In this document: positions 1 to 10,212 of the stretch, in pieces
How positions within the stretch are numbered: the stretch's first letter is position 1
Layout: each line of letters opens with the position of its first letter
Origin: an uncultured bacterium
Lineage (GTDB): Bacteria > Hydrothermota > UBA3072
Length of the DNA stretch: 64,000 nucleotides
Direction: 5' to 3'
NCBI GenBank assembly: GCA_964556365.1
Contig: CAZKVT010000001.1
Location: forward strand, 71,158 to 135,157
Notes under the pieces: generated by a model
What the model was told of the DNA's origin: nothing
What the model saw: the letters and a program-made list of their open reading frames with translations, nothing else
The model's database searches: none
Position numbers and translations under genes: made by a program

Positions 1-92
1 TATCATTACTCTTAATGTTAAAAGCCCTTTAAATAATAACCTATCAACCTTGACTAAGTAGTTTTCTAATATTATAATATAGCGAGGTATAA

Positions 93-383
93 ATGGAATC
101 AAAAAACACAATAGAAAAAATACTTAAGGAAAATAAATCTCTACTACACGATAAATACAAAGTAGAGAAAATAGGAGTATTTGGTTCTTATGCGAGAGGA
201 GAAGAATCCGCACAAAGTGACGTAGATATATTGGTAACGTTCTATGAACCTATAGGTTGGGAATTTGTTGATCTAAAGGATTTCCTTGAAGAAATTTTAA
301 ATAGAAAAGTAGATCTGGTAACCGTAAAAGCTTTGAAACCACAACTAAAAGACGAAATTTTAAAAGAAGTAGTTTTTGCATGA
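93..383 (+). CDS. Nucleotidyltransferase-domain protein (MNT-type antitoxin of a HEPN/MNT pair)
   Basis: Minimal NTase motif GVFGSYARGEE...SDVDILV. ATGA 4-nt overlap with the downstream DUF86 ORF. Confidence 0.85.
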   Translation: MESKNTIEKILKENKSLLHDKYKVEKIGVFGSYARGEESAQSDVDILVTFYEPIGWEFVDLKDFLEEILNRKVDLVTVKALKPQLKDEILKEVVFA

Positions 384-724
384 AGGGCAGAAACCAAAAA
401 CTTGTCATAGAAGATATACTTGAATCCATAAATAAAATAGAAAGATACATAGAGAATCTCAAATATAAAGATTTCGAGAAAAATGAATTAGTTATAGACG
501 CTGTCATAAGAAATCTTGAAATAATAGGGGAAGCTTCAAAAAATATATCTGATGATATTCGGAATGAATATAAAAACATTCCATGGAAAAGAATGATAGG
601 ATTAAGAAATATTACTACCCATGAATACTTTGGTATAGACTTAAGTATTATATGGGAAATAATTACTGTAAACCTTCCCGAAACAAAATCGAAAATTGAA
701 TTAATTGTAAAAGATTTGAGTTGA
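380..724 (+). CDS. HEPN/DUF86-family protein (HepT-like toxin)
   Basis: 114 aa with the R-x4-H motif in GLRNITTHEYF. Translationally coupled to the NTase gene. Confidence 0.85.
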   Translation: MKGRNQKLVIEDILESINKIERYIENLKYKDFEKNELVIDAVIRNLEIIGEASKNISDDIRNEYKNIPWKRMIGLRNITTHEYFGIDLSIIWEIITVNLPETKSKIELIVKDLS

Positions 725-789
725 GTTTCCACTTTTAAACCTAAGCCAACTAATCGAATTACAATTCAAAGTTAGAAAAAGCAAAAAAA

Positions 790-909
790 CTCTGTGTTCT
801 CCGTGGCTCTGTGTGAGATTATTTTGTTTGGGATAGGTGATGTTTTTAAACAACATAAATTTTTCTCTGTGATCTCTGTGAGTTTCTTTTTTCTCTGTGT
901 CCTCTGTGG
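790..909 (+). repeat. Three clusters of CTCTGTG-type tandem 'word' repeats in an intergenic region
   Basis: ctctgtgttctccgtggctctgtgtgag (790-817), ctctgtgatctctgtgag (865-882), ctctgtgtcctctgtgg (893-909). The same word family recurs in about 10 other intergenic regions of the window. Confidence 0.7.
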
Positions 910-963
910 TTAGATTAGTTTTTTTATTGCGAAAATTGTTTCCAATACTATAATCATTACAAT

Positions 964-1713
964 ATGTCAGAGATAAAAATAAAAACAAAGGATTATGATT
1001 TTTACAAAATTTTTCATTCCGGGCTTTTTTATTTTTTCTACGAGGATACGCCTATAAGAAAAATCTATTTCAATAATCGAATGTTCGACCTTAGTTTTAA
1101 AGCACAAAAAGATTCTTTAACAATAGATATATCCCCCGGCATGGAAAAAGGTGAATTGAAAACATTGAGGAAACATATTTCCTATTGCCTTGGGCTGGAT
1201 GAAGACTTAAAAGATTTTTATTCACTCTGCAGAAAAGATAAAGTTTTAAAAGAATATCTTCCGAAAATAAAACAAACGCGCGTTGTTTCGGCTTTTTCGG
1301 ATTTCGAAGCATTGGTCGGGGCTATGGTCTCACAGAATAATTCTTATAGAAATTATAGAACACAGATGAGAAAGGTTTACAGGACGCTTAATTTTAAGCC
1401 GAAAAATTATTCGGAAGGAAAACTTAAAAAATTAAAACTCGGATATAAAACCGCTTATATTCTGGAACTTAAAAAGAATTATAATAAATTAGATATAAAG
1501 GATATTAAAGGAATAGGTAATTATTCCGTAAATCTTTATAACATTTTCCAGAAAAGAGACTATAACGCTTTTTATGTGGACTGCCTGAGTGAAAAAATCA
1601 TGAAAGAAAACTACGGAATCAATAAAGACTTTGATTTAAACAGTAAAAAGCTTTGGGGAAAATATAGAGGTCTCGCGGAAGCCTATCTGCAGAGATTCTT
1701 TGAAAAAAAATAA
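964..1713 (+). CDS. HhH-GPD superfamily DNA glycosylase-like protein (AlkA/Ogg-like)
   Basis: FEALVGAMVSQNNS block, helix-hairpin-helix-like IKGIGNYSVNLY followed by an Asp (YVDCL). Family-level call only. Confidence 0.5.
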   Translation: MSEIKIKTKDYDFYKIFHSGLFYFFYEDTPIRKIYFNNRMFDLSFKAQKDSLTIDISPGMEKGELKTLRKHISYCLGLDEDLKDFYSLCRKDKVLKEYLPKIKQTRVVSAFSDFEALVGAMVSQNNSYRNYRTQMRKVYRTLNFKPKNYSEGKLKKLKLGYKTAYILELKKNYNKLDIKDIKGIGNYSVNLYNIFQKRDYNAFYVDCLSEKIMKENYGINKDFDLNSKKLWGKYRGLAEAYLQRFFEKK

Positions 1714-1794
1714 TTGTTTTTCGGGGTCGGAAGTTGTTTATGACTTTGAACATTGGACATAGGACTTTGGACTTATATAACCTGCGTTATATAA

Positions 1795-3093
1795 TCATTC
1801 GGTTCTACTAAATTTAACCTGATTTCTTCCTTCTTTTTTAGCTCTATAAAGAGCCTTATCGGCCATTCTGAAAACTTTTTGTAATGTTTGTGCTTTGCCA
1901 TGGCGATGTGAAATTCCAACAGAAACATTTATTTTTACTGTTTTTTTACCTGCTCTAATAGAGGTCTTTGCTATTTTTTTTCTAATTAACTCCATCATCA
2001 TTTTGACCTTTGTCGTGCTCTGATGAGGAAAAAATATGACAAATTCCTCCCCACCGTAACGGCAAACAATACCGTCCGGAACCACTTCGTTCGACAGCAC
2101 TTTGACCAATTGAATAAGAACTTCATCGCCTGCCCTATGTCCGTACTTATCATTAATTTTTTTAAAGTGGTCGATATCTACCATAGCTATACCGAAAGGA
2201 GGTTCTGTGTTTACTTTCGTTTGTTCGTTTAAAATGCGCTCACAGTAGCTGCGGTTATACACGCGGAGCAATGGGTCGTAAGAAGCTCTGTGTTCCATTC
2301 TTGCCAGCCAGTGCACAAAAAGACCGATAGCGAGAAAAAGCGGAGCCACCGCGAATATGTAGGAATCAAAAAGCAGTAATTCGGCTCTAAAATTACCGAA
2401 ATACCATCCTCCTCCGAAAAAAACAACCATCCCTCCCATAACCCCACCCAAAAAGAACTGATTCTTTAACACAAAGACAGAAATGATTAGAGTCGAGAAT
2501 ACCAATAAACCGGGAATAAGATTCAACCATACACGCAAATCGTTATTGCGCAAAGCCTCGAGAGAAATCATTTTAAAAGGTGTTTTCCAAAAAAGAAAAA
2601 GAAATACTGCTTCTACAATGAGAATCGAAACAGTAATTCGTTTAGTCCATCTGTACTTCAAAAATGTAGGCAACAATGTACTGGTTAGAATGCCTATAAT
2701 CATAAATAAGTAAATGCCGGGAACAAAGTTCCCCGATGCCGGAAGAGAAAAAATTCCGGCGGGACTAAAAAAACAAAAAGCAAGAACGGATAAGCCGGTT
2801 ACATGAGCGGCAAGAAATACCTTCAAGTTGTGTATTCTGGGGTAAGAAAAATATCCGACCGAAAATACTCCGGTACCTGTTAAAATTCCTATATAGGAAA
2901 ATAATTTTGCGAATGTTGCCGCACTGAATTTCTGAGGCAGAAAACCCGCGAGCCAGTACCCACTCCAGAGCAACACTAAACCGAGAACGAATACAACAAT
3001 ACCCCATTTGCCTTCATATATATGCTCCTCAAGAGAAGGCTTATCGAAACTTTTTTTATCCGTTTCCTTCTGCATTAATTCAGGTCCCCTCAA
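1795..3093 (-). CDS. Membrane-anchored diguanylate cyclase (GGDEF domain)
   Basis: About 260-aa polytopic N-terminus, then a GGDEF domain with DIDHFKKINDKYGH and RYGGEEF. Confidence 0.85.
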   Translation of the reverse strand: MRGPELMQKETDKKSFDKPSLEEHIYEGKWGIVVFVLGLVLLWSGYWLAGFLPQKFSAATFAKLFSYIGILTGTGVFSVGYFSYPRIHNLKVFLAAHVTGLSVLAFCFFSPAGIFSLPASGNFVPGIYLFMIIGILTSTLLPTFLKYRWTKRITVSILIVEAVFLFLFWKTPFKMISLEALRNNDLRVWLNLIPGLLVFSTLIISVFVLKNQFFLGGVMGGMVVFFGGGWYFGNFRAELLLFDSYIFAVAPLFLAIGLFVHWLARMEHRASYDPLLRVYNRSYCERILNEQTKVNTEPPFGIAMVDIDHFKKINDKYGHRAGDEVLIQLVKVLSNEVVPDGIVCRYGGEEFVIFFPHQSTTKVKMMMELIRKKIAKTSIRAGKKTVKINVSVGISHRHGKAQTLQKVFRMADKALYRAKKEGRNQVKFSRTE

Positions 3094-3297
3094 TAGGAAG
3101 AATAGGGCAAATCGAGGAAATAGTCAAGGGAAAAATCTTAAGCTCTCCCCACAAACAAAAAACAATATCTCACACAAAGGCACAGAGAACACAAAGAGAA
3201 AAAATTATTAGACCAGGAAACACACTAAATATACGAAACTTTTTATTGCTTTTCCTATTCAACTATTCAACAACCTTTCTGGCTCCTGATTGCTTTT

Positions 3298-3624
3298 CTA
3301 TTCTCCTTTGTCTCTCAGTCTTACCGCGGTTCCGTATGCCATGAGTTCTGCCGCGCCCTGCATAACGGAAGAAGTCGTGAAACGTATTCCGACTACGGCA
3401 TCTGCTCCGAGGCTTCTCGCTTCCGCCATCATTCTGTCCAATGCCTGTTCTCTCGATTCTGCCATCATCTTTGTGTAATCTGTGATTTCTCCACCGACTA
3501 TGTTTTTAAATCCGGCCATAATATCTTTGCCTACGTGCCTGGCGCGAATTGTATTTCCCCTCACCAACCCCAAAACTTCAGTTATTTCTTTTCCCGCGAT
3601 TTCGTTAATAGTAGAAATTATCAT
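3298..3624 (-). CDS. YbjQ/UPF0145 family protein
   Basis: 108 aa with a typical YbjQ sequence (GLVRGNTIRARHVGKDIMAGFKNIVGGEI...GADAVVGIRF). Confidence 0.8.
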   Translation of the reverse strand: MIISTINEIAGKEITEVLGLVRGNTIRARHVGKDIMAGFKNIVGGEITDYTKMMAESREQALDRMMAEARSLGADAVVGIRFTTSSVMQGAAELMAYGTAVRLRDKGE

Positions 3625-4061
3625 CTCTTAACCTCCTTAGAATATTTATCGGTTTTTGACAGGGTTATTCTTTCTCTTAGAACTGAAACAAAAAGAATAG
3701 CGAGACCCAATATTAATGAAATAAGCCCAACTTTTGCGTATAGAGCAATCTGCGGGTCCCGGATTACCTCTTTTATAAACTGAAACCCTAAAAAGGTCAG
3801 GGTTAAAATAGCTCCTACCCCGAATACGATCCATCCTATTCCCCTTTCAAGTCTATTGTAGAGAGAACTCCAATATTCCTCCCAATCTTTTTCGGGATTG
3901 ACCGGTTCGAGCATTTCTATCACCTCCTTTAACTTATCCATATCTTTTAGTTCTTTTGCGGTTTTTTTATTCTTTTTTATTAGCCGTGCAAGTTCTTCTT
4001 TTTCCTCTGCCGATAAATCTTCTTCGAAATATTTATTTTTTAGTTCTTCTTCTCTATTCAT
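3621..4061 (-). CDS. Putative membrane anti-sigma factor
   Basis: Overlaps the upstream ECF sigma gene by 8 nt. Charged N-terminus followed by two TM helices. Call is by position only. Confidence 0.45.
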   Translation of the reverse strand: MNREEELKNKYFEEDLSAEEKEELARLIKKNKKTAKELKDMDKLKEVIEMLEPVNPEKDWEEYWSSLYNRLERGIGWIVFGVGAILTLTFLGFQFIKEVIRDPQIALYAKVGLISLILGLAILFVSVLRERITLSKTDKYSKEVKR

Positions 4062-4581
4062 CTTCCATATACTCCTTAAGCAAAGTTTTTCTGGCGTAGT
4101 AGAGCCTTGACATTATTGTACCTTCGGGCAAATCGAGAGCTTCTGATATTTCTTTGTAACTCATTTCCGCGTAATGCCTGAGATATATAATTTCCTGTTT
4201 TTCCTTATCTAATTTTAAAAGAGCTTCCTGTAATCTCTTTACTTTCTCCTTTTTAATTAAGCTTTCTTCCGGAGAATCGATGCTCTTAAGTGGCAAATCG
4301 TTTTTTTTCTCATCCTCTTTTCTTTCTTGCTTGAAACTGCTCAATGCTTCGTTTTTGATTATCGCGTAAAGCCAGGGGAAAAAAGGTCTTTTCATGTCAA
4401 ACTTTTTTATTCCTTGCCATGCATTTATAAATCCCTGTTGAGAAATGTCCCAGGCATCGGTTGGATTTTTTGTATAATAAAGCGCTACATTATACGCTTT
4501 TTTCATATATTTTTTAACCAGCTTTTCGTAAGCTTCCATATCGCCTTTTTTAATTTTTTCTATTAAAATCGAATCATCCAT
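4054..4581 (-). CDS. RNA polymerase ECF-type sigma-70 factor
   Basis: Region 2 (DISQQGFINAWQGIKKF) and region 4 HTH (YAEMSYKEISEALDLPEGTIMSRLYYARKTL). Confidence 0.85.
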   Translation of the reverse strand: MDDSILIEKIKKGDMEAYEKLVKKYMKKAYNVALYYTKNPTDAWDISQQGFINAWQGIKKFDMKRPFFPWLYAIIKNEALSSFKQERKEDEKKNDLPLKSIDSPEESLIKKEKVKRLQEALLKLDKEKQEIIYLRHYAEMSYKEISEALDLPEGTIMSRLYYARKTLLKEYMEDE

Positions 4582-4814
4582 AAGTATTAATCCTTTATTT
4601 GGCTTTTATTCAAAATTTTTTTAATTATAATAAAATACAGATAAATTACAAGAGATTGTAAAGTAAGCTTCAAATATTATTAAAGGATTACTTTGATTTT
4701 TGTAATTTATTGTCTTCTCTGAAATTAAGAAGATAATACATGTTTTTGAAACCGTTGGGCCGTTGGGTAGTCTAAAGATCTAACTGCTATATTTATGGTT
4801 GCTTCTTTGCTACC

Positions 4815-6005
4815 CTACAGAATAAATATAGCAACAATTGTGGCGAAAATCAGGGAAAGAAAAACCGGAACAATCATACTTTTAGAATATTGAGTAAAAG
4901 TTGTTTTAAAGTATTCAAGCGAAACGGATACACACGGATGAACAGGAGAAAGGATATATCCCATATAAACCGAAAAAAACATTACCGCAAAAGCTAATCC
5001 GGGAATAGAGTCAACCGAGTATTTCGCGAAGTAAATAGGAACAATTATGGAAACTGGTACTTGCACTCTTCCCGTCACGAATGCGAGGACTGCTCCTACT
5101 ACCACCAGAAGCAAGGTTTTAGACATAGCAATTTCAGCAATCAGTGAAGACATTTTTGAAGCTTTAAAAATGTTTAAAAAAAGAAACATACCGAATATTA
5201 TCAGCGGGAAAATCCAGATTTTCATCTCTTTTGCTACCGCAATAGTATCTTTTAACCGTAACCTGGAAACATATAGAGCGAAGAACAGACTTAAAGAAAC
5301 TCCAATAAAGAGAGGGATCTCGGAAAGAGTGAAAAATCTCAGAAAGAAAAAATGGAATAGCGGCGCAAGCAATATTATACCTAAAGGGATAAACAATCCC
5401 TTTAGGTCAAATTTACTTTTATACTCAATAGTGCCCTGTATTTCTCTCGCCAAAAAAATATATCCCAAAACGAAAGAAAATACGAGAAAAGGAATCATAT
5501 ATATAATTTCTTTATAAAGATTAATATTAGCAATCTTTGTGGTTGGCAGTAACTCTCCGAGAGGATAAACAAACATTAACAGGTGCCTGAACCAGACATT
5601 CATTTGCGTTTTCAAAGGATCTTTCACGTCTTCACCGGCTCTTTCAACAAGAGGGGCTGAAAGAAGAGCTCCACCGGGTATAGGCAGCATCCCGAATACC
5701 GCTGGTCCCGCCATAAGAATACCCTTTTTCCCAATACGTAAATTCTGCACAAGGGATTCCATCAAATGAGATTCCTTCATCACACCACCAATTAAAGGTA
5801 TAACCGCAACCGATACAGCGAGTAATATAATCGACGGATCTGTCAGGGTTTCGAAAAAGATTATAAAGACTTTTCCAAAAGGAAGGCTCAAAAAACCTAA
5901 AATAAAAGCCCCAAGCGTTAACGAAAGCCATAAACTTTTCTTCGCCATGGAAATCACAACTATAAAAGCAGCAATAAAACCAAACCATAATATAAGATTA
6001 TCCAT
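4815..6005 (-). CDS. Polytopic membrane protein, DUF401-like putative transporter
   Basis: 396 aa, about 10-12 TM helices. GMLPIPGGALLSAPLVE resembles the DUF401 signature as I recall it. Confidence 0.45.
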   Translation of the reverse strand: MDNLILWFGFIAAFIVVISMAKKSLWLSLTLGAFILGFLSLPFGKVFIIFFETLTDPSIILLAVSVAVIPLIGGVMKESHLMESLVQNLRIGKKGILMAGPAVFGMLPIPGGALLSAPLVERAGEDVKDPLKTQMNVWFRHLLMFVYPLGELLPTTKIANINLYKEIIYMIPFLVFSFVLGYIFLAREIQGTIEYKSKFDLKGLFIPLGIILLAPLFHFFFLRFFTLSEIPLFIGVSLSLFFALYVSRLRLKDTIAVAKEMKIWIFPLIIFGMFLFLNIFKASKMSSLIAEIAMSKTLLLVVVGAVLAFVTGRVQVPVSIIVPIYFAKYSVDSIPGLAFAVMFFSVYMGYILSPVHPCVSVSLEYFKTTFTQYSKSMIVPVFLSLIFATIVAIFIL

Positions 6006-6337
6006 TAAACATCCTATCTCCTTAATACTCTTGAATTTGTTTTGAGTTTACAAGAAGAAAAACAAAAGTCAAGGGAACACCCCACCCCCCATTTTGAACC
6101 ACAAAGCTCACAAAGACCACAGAGATTTTTTTGTTGTTTTTAATTGCCATTAGCCGAGAGCTGTAAGCCGTCAGATTCTTTCTCACATATAGAAACTATA
6201 GTTCTTTATTTTTTTGACACAAGGCTCTCGACGCACGACTCAAGACATAATTAAAAGGAGAATTTAATGATACAGGTTGCACAAAGTTTAAAATTAGTTA
6301 TTTTTATTATCGTATTTAAAACCAGGAGGCTAATATA

Positions 6338-6502
6338 ATGATAGATAAAAAATTGTTAGATATTCTTGTTTGTCCAAAGTGTAAAGGTTCTCTAAAATTT
6401 GATAAAGATAACAACAAATTAATATGCAACGAATGCAAACTTGCCTATCCTATTAAAGATGATATACCGGTAATGTTAATCGACGAAGCAGAAGAAATAT
6501 GA
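6338..6502 (+). CDS. Trm112/UPF0434 family zinc-ribbon protein
   Basis: 54-aa ORF absent from the track: MIDKKLLDILVCPKCKGSL...LICNECKLAYPIKDDIPVMLIDEA. SD aggagg 8 nt upstream. Stop overlaps the next ATG (ATGA). Confidence 0.8.
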   Translation: MIDKKLLDILVCPKCKGSLKFDKDNNKLICNECKLAYPIKDDIPVMLIDEAEEI

Positions 6503-9500
6503 TCTTAATTTATTTGCTTTCTTTAGTTACGGTTCTTTCCGACACCCCGGATTCTCTTACTTTCAAATATACTGCCGAATATAGTAAAGATAAAATTGGA
6601 AATAAGATTCAATATAATTTAAAAGATGGCGGAGTATTTCCCGAAGAAAAAGGGTCCCCGGCATTGGCTTCAGTTAAAAAAAGCATATTGACTCCTGTAG
6701 ATGGAAAGGTTGAATTATGGTATCAAGTTTTAAGCACACACACCGAGAGAGGAATCCCAACGATGATTCAATTTTATGGAGAAAAACAGACAGGACAAAA
6801 TCCTTCAAGTTATACTCCTCTTCCTGTAACGTTAAGAAAAAACAATCCTTCCCCTCACGGTAATACCACAATAACGATAAACCCATTTTCTTTCGATGGG
6901 AAAAGCGTAAAGGTTAGAAATTCGATTTTGATTAAAATATATTTTAGAGGCGGCAAATGGATACGACCAAGTGGTTACCAGAGAAGAATTTCTCAAATTT
7001 TCTTGAATGAAATTAGAGGAGAAAAAATAAGAACCTCAGCTGTTCGCAGTTTACGTCAGGAAGCATTTTTATACGCTAAAATAAAAACCACAAGGGAAGG
7101 GTTGTATGAGATTATCCCTGAAGATTTAAACGATATAGGAATAGATCCTTTATCGATTGATCCTGAAGAAATAGAAATTCTTGGCGGGTATAATAAAATA
7201 ATGGAATGGAGTTTGGACAGCATGAAAATTATGGATACTCTTCCGGGTGTATTACCCGCAATATATGAAAGCAACGGCAATGGCGTTTTCGAAGAAGGGG
7301 AAAGAATTATTTTCCATGCTCATTCCCTTTCCGGTTGGGGAAGGAATAAATTTACTGATAGCAAATTCTTTTATTTTCATCCTTACACAGATACAAATGT
7401 TTACTGGCTGCGTTTTAGCGGTGAAAGCCCGCTGGAGATGCAACAAATCTCACAGTCCGGAGGGGAGCAGATTAATCATTTCACCGATACAATACATCTT
7501 GAAGAAGAGTTAAACAATCCTTTAAAAAGCGGACTTGCATGGGGATGGGAAGAACTGAATACGACAGGTGGCACTTCTGATAATTATCTGCAAACATCTT
7601 TTAATATTTTAAACAATTACAATGACCGGGCAATCATCAGGGTAGCATTTTATCCCAAGACCCCTGGAGATTATGGTATAAATGTTTCTTTAAACGGACA
7701 GAGTGTTTCAAAAACAGTTGCTTACCAGGGAAACCCCGCAACTAATAGAACGGTCTTCACCGATACAATCAATACTCTTAACTCAGGTTCAAATGATTTA
7801 GTTGTTACACTGGAAACTCCTGAAGAATCGGTCATAATGGATTATATAGAGATAATATATGAAAGAAGATTAATAGCAAATGAAAACAAATTGTTGGTAA
7901 CGCAGAATCAATCTTCAGTAAGAAATTATACAGCAGAAGGATTTTCAAGCAATCCTTATATTATAAACATAAGTAACTCTAAAAATCCTTCTTTAATCTC
8001 TCATTCTTTCAGTAATGATAACGCTGATTTTTCAACTGATTCAAGAAAAATCTTATTACAGTCTTTCCCATATACTATCGAAAACATCTCTTTAGCAGAT
8101 CCTACAAATTTACTTCAGGGCGGAGCCGATTGGATTGTAATAACCGACAATCAATTTATATCTCCGGCTTCGACATTAAAAAACTGGAGAGAGATTCACC
8201 TTAGAGGTATTACCTCTCCTTCGACCAGGGTTATAAAAATAGATGATATTTACAATAATTTTTCCTATGGCGTAAAAGATCCTTCCGCCATAAAGAGATT
8301 TTTGTACTGGACACAAGAAAACTGGAATCTTCCTGTTAGTTATGTACTATTATTCGGAGACGGCAGTTATGACGATAAAAATTTAACCGGAATTGGAAAA
8401 ACTTCATTTATTCCAGTTCATACTAAAGGTATAACCATTTATGCGACCAGTGGTTACCTTACATCGAATCCTTCTTTAGATAGCTGGTATGTGGATTTCA
8501 ACGAAGATGGGAATTCTGCTCCAGATATACCAATCGGAAGAGTAACCGTTTCCAATATATCGGAAGGAATTGAATGGGTAAACAAATTGATAGACTACGA
8601 AAAGAGTACAGGCAATTGGCGGGCTAAAGCAATACTTATGGCTGATGACGCCTTCGCCCCTCCCACTACATGTAGAACTGAAAAAGCTCATACTGATTAT
8701 ATGGAAACATTCTCTAATCTTTTACCTAACTGGCTATACAGAGACAAAATTTATCTAATGGAATATCCGTGGGATCCTCCGAACAATACATCCGGCACAA
8801 AACCCGGCGCCAGGCAAGCCCATATGGAAGCAATGAACGATGGAGCTCTTATTGGATTGTATCTTGGACATGGTAATTTAAGAGAAATTGCGCATGAATC
8901 CGTTTTTCAGAGTGAAAACATCAATGCATTATCTAATTGGAGAAAAACCCCCTTTTACTATTTTGGCTCCTGTGACGTCGGCTATTTCGAAAGACCAGAT
9001 GAAGATTGTATTGGCAGTTCTTTGAATCTTTATAAAGACGGAGGGACCATCGTTTCAATCGCCGCGGGTAGAGCAAGCGACTACTTTACTAATAGCACTC
9101 TGGGACGCAGGTTGATACAAAATCTTTTTAACGATTCGGTAAAGACCGGAGGTGACGCTTTTCTTCTCGCAAAAGAAGCCGGAGGGGAAAAGACCTATAC
9201 CTTTTTCGGAGATCCCGCTACTTCTATACTTATTGATTCTGTCCCCCTTAATATTACGTTACCCGATACCGTTTTAGGTGGAACCCGTTTGGAAATAAAA
9301 GGAGATGTTCGTAATTCAGCCGATAAAATTTTCTGTGTTATAACAGAGGCGAGCTATGATACCATTTTGGACGCAACAGAAGGGACCGATGATTTTATTG
9401 CAGTACCAATAACAAAAGAAGGAAAAACTTTATTCAGAGGAAGCGCTCCTGTAGTAAGTGATTCATTTACGGTAGAAATAAACATCCCTTACGATATAGA

Positions 9501-10212
9501 GTCTGATTCGGGTAAGATCCGCATCTATTCTAAAGGAGAAAAAGAATCGTATAATTCTTCCCTTATATATTTTACCGAAGGTTCACTTCCCGAAGATTCG
9601 ATTCCGCCTTCTGTAGAATTCAGAATAGAAAACAGAGTTATAGAAAAAGGAGATTTAATACCTCCTAAGGGAGAAATCATTCTCGTTGTTAGGGACAGCA
9701 GCGGAATTGATTTAAGAAAAAAGACAAATATTCAGGTCATCGTCAATGATATAGATGAATATTTTTTGGCCGATAGATTTTCATATATAACAGGCAGTTC
9801 AACTACTGGAGAAGTTACTTTTTCTTATGCTGTTCCGGCTTTAAACGATTCCGTAAATTTTAAAGTGTTAGCGAGAGATAACGCCGGAAATATAGCTATT
9901 TCCGAGACATCTTTCAGGATAGGAGGAGAAGAATTACTCTGGAATGTTCACAATTATCCGAACCCAATGAAGGACAAAACCGTGATAGTATATCATCTTT
10001 CAGAAGAAGTATCGGTGGAGATAAAAATATTCACAATAGCAGGGAGATTAGTGAAAGAACTTCAACCGGGCGTTGCCAGATATGGGGCAAATTATGTGGA
10101 ATGGGACGGAAGAGACAGAAAAGGGAGAAAAGTTTCTAACGGAATTTATTACTACTCTATAAAAGCGGGTGACGCCAAACCGTATTATGGAAAAATAGCT
10201 GTGATAAGATGA
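6499..10212 (+). CDS. Secreted C25 (gingipain-like) cysteine peptidase with T9SS C-terminal sorting domain
   Basis: C25-like blocks LLFGDGSYDD, YLGHGN and FGSCDVGYF. C-terminal FlgD-Ig/T9SS-type domain (NYPNPMKDKTVIVY...NGIYYYSIKAG). Confidence 0.75.
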   Translation: MILIYLLSLVTVLSDTPDSLTFKYTAEYSKDKIGNKIQYNLKDGGVFPEEKGSPALASVKKSILTPVDGKVELWYQVLSTHTERGIPTMIQFYGEKQTGQNPSSYTPLPVTLRKNNPSPHGNTTITINPFSFDGKSVKVRNSILIKIYFRGGKWIRPSGYQRRISQIFLNEIRGEKIRTSAVRSLRQEAFLYAKIKTTREGLYEIIPEDLNDIGIDPLSIDPEEIEILGGYNKIMEWSLDSMKIMDTLPGVLPAIYESNGNGVFEEGERIIFHAHSLSGWGRNKFTDSKFFYFHPYTDTNVYWLRFSGESPLEMQQISQSGGEQINHFTDTIHLEEELNNPLKSGLAWGWEELNTTGGTSDNYLQTSFNILNNYNDRAIIRVAFYPKTPGDYGINVSLNGQSVSKTVAYQGNPATNRTVFTDTINTLNSGSNDLVVTLETPEESVIMDYIEIIYERRLIANENKLLVTQNQSSVRNYTAEGFSSNPYIINISNSKNPSLISHSFSNDNADFSTDSRKILLQSFPYTIENISLADPTNLLQGGADWIVITDNQFISPASTLKNWREIHLRGITSPSTRVIKIDDIYNNFSYGVKDPSAIKRFLYWTQENWNLPVSYVLLFGDGSYDDKNLTGIGKTSFIPVHTKGITIYATSGYLTSNPSLDSWYVDFNEDGNSAPDIPIGRVTVSNISEGIEWVNKLIDYEKSTGNWRAKAILMADDAFAPPTTCRTEKAHTDYMETFSNLLPNWLYRDKIYLMEYPWDPPNNTSGTKPGARQAHMEAMNDGALIGLYLGHGNLREIAHESVFQSENINALSNWRKTPFYYFGSCDVGYFERPDEDCIGSSLNLYKDGGTIVSIAAGRASDYFTNSTLGRRLIQNLFNDSVKTGGDAFLLAKEAGGEKTYTFFGDPATSILIDSVPLNITLPDTVLGGTRLEIKGDVRNSADKIFCVITEASYDTILDATEGTDDFIAVPITKEGKTLFRGSAPVVSDSFTVEINIPYDIESDSGKIRIYSKGEKESYNSSLIYFTEGSLPEDSIPPSVEFRIENRVIEKGDLIPPKGEIILVVRDSSGIDLRKKTNIQVIVNDIDEYFLADRFSYITGSSTTGEVTFSYAVPALNDSVNFKVLARDNAGNIAISETSFRIGGEELLWNVHNYPNPMKDKTVIVYHLSEEVSVEIKIFTIAGRLVKELQPGVARYGANYVEWDGRDRKGRKVSNGIYYYSIKAGDAKPYYGKIAVIR

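Noticed and set aside
250-732. Long antisense 'shadow' ORFs opposite well-supported genes. Examples: 250-732 -, 5047-5517 +, 5644-5988 -, 10256-10582 -, 10389-10673 -, 11816-12154 -, 24071-24427 +, 28315-28647 +, 32933-33268 +, 37912-38349 -, 38265-38684 -, 39913-40245 -, 43695-44072 -, 50128-50514 -, 50628-51005 -, 54981-55265 -.
   Set aside because: Each lies fully or largely inside a gene on the other strand that has clear family motifs. The translations are low-complexity and lack SD sequences or recognisable domains.
6267-6338. 23-codon micro-ORF (MIQVAQSLKLVIFIIVFKTRRLI) with SD AAAGGAG 6 nt upstream and a TAATG overlap with the Trm112-like gene.
   Set aside because: It could be a small hydrophobic or leader peptide, but it is too short to support from sequence alone. 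It would need ribosome profiling or conservation data.
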